Origin: an uncultured Planctomycetales bacterium
GTDB lineage: Bacteria > Omnitrophota > Gorgyraeia > Gygaellales > Profunditerraquicolaceae
Length of the DNA stretch: 64,000 bases
Direction: 5' to 3'
Assembly (NCBI GenBank): GCA_964427405.1
Contig: CAYRUB010000001.1
Coordinates: 16,534-80,533 of the forward strand
The position numbers and the translations under genes are program-made. Positions within the stretch are counted from its first letter, which is position 1, and each line of letters opens with the position of its first letter. Of the stretch, positions 62,193-64,000 are shown one piece after another. The notes beneath the pieces were generated by a model. That model saw nothing but the letters and a program-made list of their open reading frames with translations. It did no database searches and had not been told where the DNA came from.

Positions 62193-62834
62193 TTAATTCT
62201 TGGGTTTTTTAAAATACAGGCGGGGTTCCTTGCCTTGCGCTAGTCTCAAAAGGTTAGCCTTGTGCCGGATAATCACAAAAAAGCATAATATTAAACTAAC
62301 AATCAATAAAATACCGGATTGCTTAAAGAAGAAAACGGAAACTGGCAGGGCTATTGCAGCAACAATTGAGGCCAAGGAAACTATCCGCCAGATCATGAAA
62401 ATTGTTAACCAGGTTAAGACCAAAATACCAATTACCACGCCTAATCCGGGTAATTTTAACGCCAGACCAAGTAATACGCCAAAACTAGTTGCTATACCTT
62501 TACCACCTTTAAACCTAAGGAAAATAGTCCAATTATGCCCACAGATGGAACATAAACCCATGATAATACGTAAGTTATGCTCCTGCCATAAAATAGGTTT
62601 ACCGCTAAAATAGTCTCCTAAGAAAACAACCACTACGAAACCTTTAAGAATATCTAACAATAAAACCGTAATTCCCGCCCCTTTCCCCAAGACACGCATG
62701 GCATTAGTAGCGCCAATGTTGCCTGAGCCGGCCTTACGTATATCAACACCCTTGAGTATCTTACCAAAAAGATAAGCTGTGGGTATTGATCCTATTAAAT
62801 AACTAGCTGCTAATGCGACGGTTATCCAGAGCAT
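62193..62834 (-). CDS. plsY: Glycerol-3-phosphate acyltransferase PlsY
   Basis: 213 aa; GSGNIGATN motif; polytopic. Confidence 0.9.
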   Translation of the reverse strand: MLWITVALAASYLIGSIPTAYLFGKILKGVDIRKAGSGNIGATNAMRVLGKGAGITVLLLDILKGFVVVVFLGDYFSGKPILWQEHNLRIIMGLCSICGHNWTIFLRFKGGKGIATSFGVLLGLALKLPGLGVVIGILVLTWLTIFMIWRIVSLASIVAAIALPVSVFFFKQSGILLIVSLILCFFVIIRHKANLLRLAQGKEPRLYFKKPKN

Positions 62835-63396
62835 ATAATATTTTAAACCCTCTCTTTACGTAATCTACCCCTGAAACAACGGTAAAGATTACCGCAATCC
62901 ACCAGACAAAAGCGGCCATTTTATATTGCAACAAGACAAAGACCACTGAAAGCATTTGAAATATAGTAGTAAGCTTACCCCATTTAGTTGGATGCACATC
63001 CAGGGACTGCTTGACCATATATATAACCACTGCCCCTATAATAATAATTACATCCCGCGATATTACAATAAAGCTGACCCAAAGCGGGAATTTTAATATC
63101 ATTCTGCTCATGGGTGATAAAAATATAAAAGCGCTCATTAGTAAAAGCTTATCTCCCAGAGGATCCAAAATTAATCCCGCCTTTGACTGTAGCTTGGCTT
63201 TTCTGGCAATAAAACCATCCAGGCCATCGGAAATTACACCTAGAATAAATATAACTAAAGCCAGGTTTCTTAAGAATTGCCTTTCAGGAGTATAGTATAC
63301 GAGACAAGCAATGAAAAATGGGACGCTTAAAATACGGAATGTTGAAATTTTATTAGCTATATTCATTTGATTACCCTTATGCGATGTATTGGCCAA
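62803..63396 (-). CDS. pgsA: CDP-alcohol phosphatidyltransferase (PgsA-like)
   Basis: 197 aa; DGxxAR...G...D...D motif (DGLDGFIARKAKLQSKAGLILDPLGDKLL). Confidence 0.8.
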   Translation of the reverse strand: MANTSHKGNQMNIANKISTFRILSVPFFIACLVYYTPERQFLRNLALVIFILGVISDGLDGFIARKAKLQSKAGLILDPLGDKLLLMSAFIFLSPMSRMILKFPLWVSFIVISRDVIIIIGAVVIYMVKQSLDVHPTKWGKLTTIFQMLSVVFVLLQYKMAAFVWWIAVIFTVVSGVDYVKRGFKILYALDNRRISS

Positions 63397-63938
63397 TAAA
63401 TAACCAGGGCTTGTCCAAGTAAATTTTCTTTAGGCACAAACCCCCAGTAACGGCTATCCTTGGAAGAGACAGAGTTGTCTCCTAAAACAAAATAACTGTC
63501 TTTTGGCACCACGATCTTCTGCCCTTCAGCAGCAAAGTCACCCCGGTTATAATAATAAATCTGCTTAAAAATCGAATCATCTGCCGGTTTATCATCAATA
63601 TATATTGAGCCACCTTTAATCTCTACGGTTTCCCCAGGCAGGCCGACTAGCCTTTTAATAAAATCCTTCTTCTTATCCTCAGGGTAAACAAAAACCATCA
63701 CATCCCCTCTTTTTGGCTCTCTTACGGCAGGCAGGTAAAAATTAAAGAACGGAACCTTAACTCCATAAATAAACTTATTTACCAATATCAGATCCCCCTC
63801 CTGCAAAGTCATACGCATTGACCCTGTGGGGATCTTAAAGGCCTGGACCACAAATGTACGGATAACCATAGCCAAGAGAAAAGCAATAATGATAGACTCA
63901 ACCCAATCACGTAATACAGATTTCTTTTTTAAACTCAT
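63363..63938 (-). CDS. lepB: Signal peptidase I
   Basis: 191 aa; catalytic Ser in the SM box (IPTGSMRMTL), Lys in the box RGDVMVF, and GDNSVSSKDSRYWGFV. Confidence 0.9.
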   Translation of the reverse strand: MSLKKKSVLRDWVESIIIAFLLAMVIRTFVVQAFKIPTGSMRMTLQEGDLILVNKFIYGVKVPFFNFYLPAVREPKRGDVMVFVYPEDKKKDFIKRLVGLPGETVEIKGGSIYIDDKPADDSIFKQIYYYNRGDFAAEGQKIVVPKDSYFVLGDNSVSSKDSRYWGFVPKENLLGQALVIYWPIHRIRVIK

Positions 63939-64000
63939 ATTTTTAATACCTCCAGAAATGCCTCTTGCGGAATCTCTACCTTACCAAACTGCTTTAACCG
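63935..64000 (-). CDS. Partial CDS, C-terminal 21 aa (...RLKQFGKVEIPQEAFLEVLKI*) of an upstream gene; its stop overlaps the lepB start (ATGA)
   Basis: Open frame from the window end to TGA at 63935-63937. Confidence 0.3.
   Translation of the reverse strand, partial: RLKQFGKVEIPQEAFLEVLKI

Overview
This is a compact, AT-rich (about 40% GC) bacterial chromosomal segment, almost entirely coding. A roughly 40 kb run of overlapping or tightly abutting minus-strand genes spans 257-39936. Most of the content is housekeeping: aspS-hisS, hup, dnaE, guaA, groESL with a perfect CIRCE operator, uvrB, valS, the aspartate-family genes lysC/thrC/hom, cimA, CoA and phospholipid genes, ftsH-folP-cdaA, tilS, gatCAB, tsaD, and five tRNAs. 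There is also a partial Wood-Ljungdahl corrinoid module (acsE-acsD-cooC-RACo-acsC) without the CODH/ACS catalytic subunits in the window, which points to an uncultivated anaerobe. The lineage is uncertain: archaeal-type apgM, a stand-alone CoaB, a short ThyA-like enzyme and a GAD-less AspRS are consistent with a deep-branching or candidate-phylum bacterium. I found no rRNA, CRISPR array, transposase or integrase. The observations I think are most worth follow-up are: (1) a three-copy structured 5'-leader element with covarying stems upstream of hup, groES and lysC; (2) a bactofilin fused to an excisionase-type HTH, with a membrane-anchored paralogous HTH gene next to it, inside the acs operon; (3) a PAS-kinase/receiver operon that also carries a thymidylate-synthase-fold gene and sits among three PilZ genes; (4) a lone 1066-aa plus-strand protein converging on a 956-aa TPR/beta-barrel outer-membrane protein; (5) an orphan larB-like gene beside acsC. 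All calls are from reading the sequence and ORF translations; no database searches were run.
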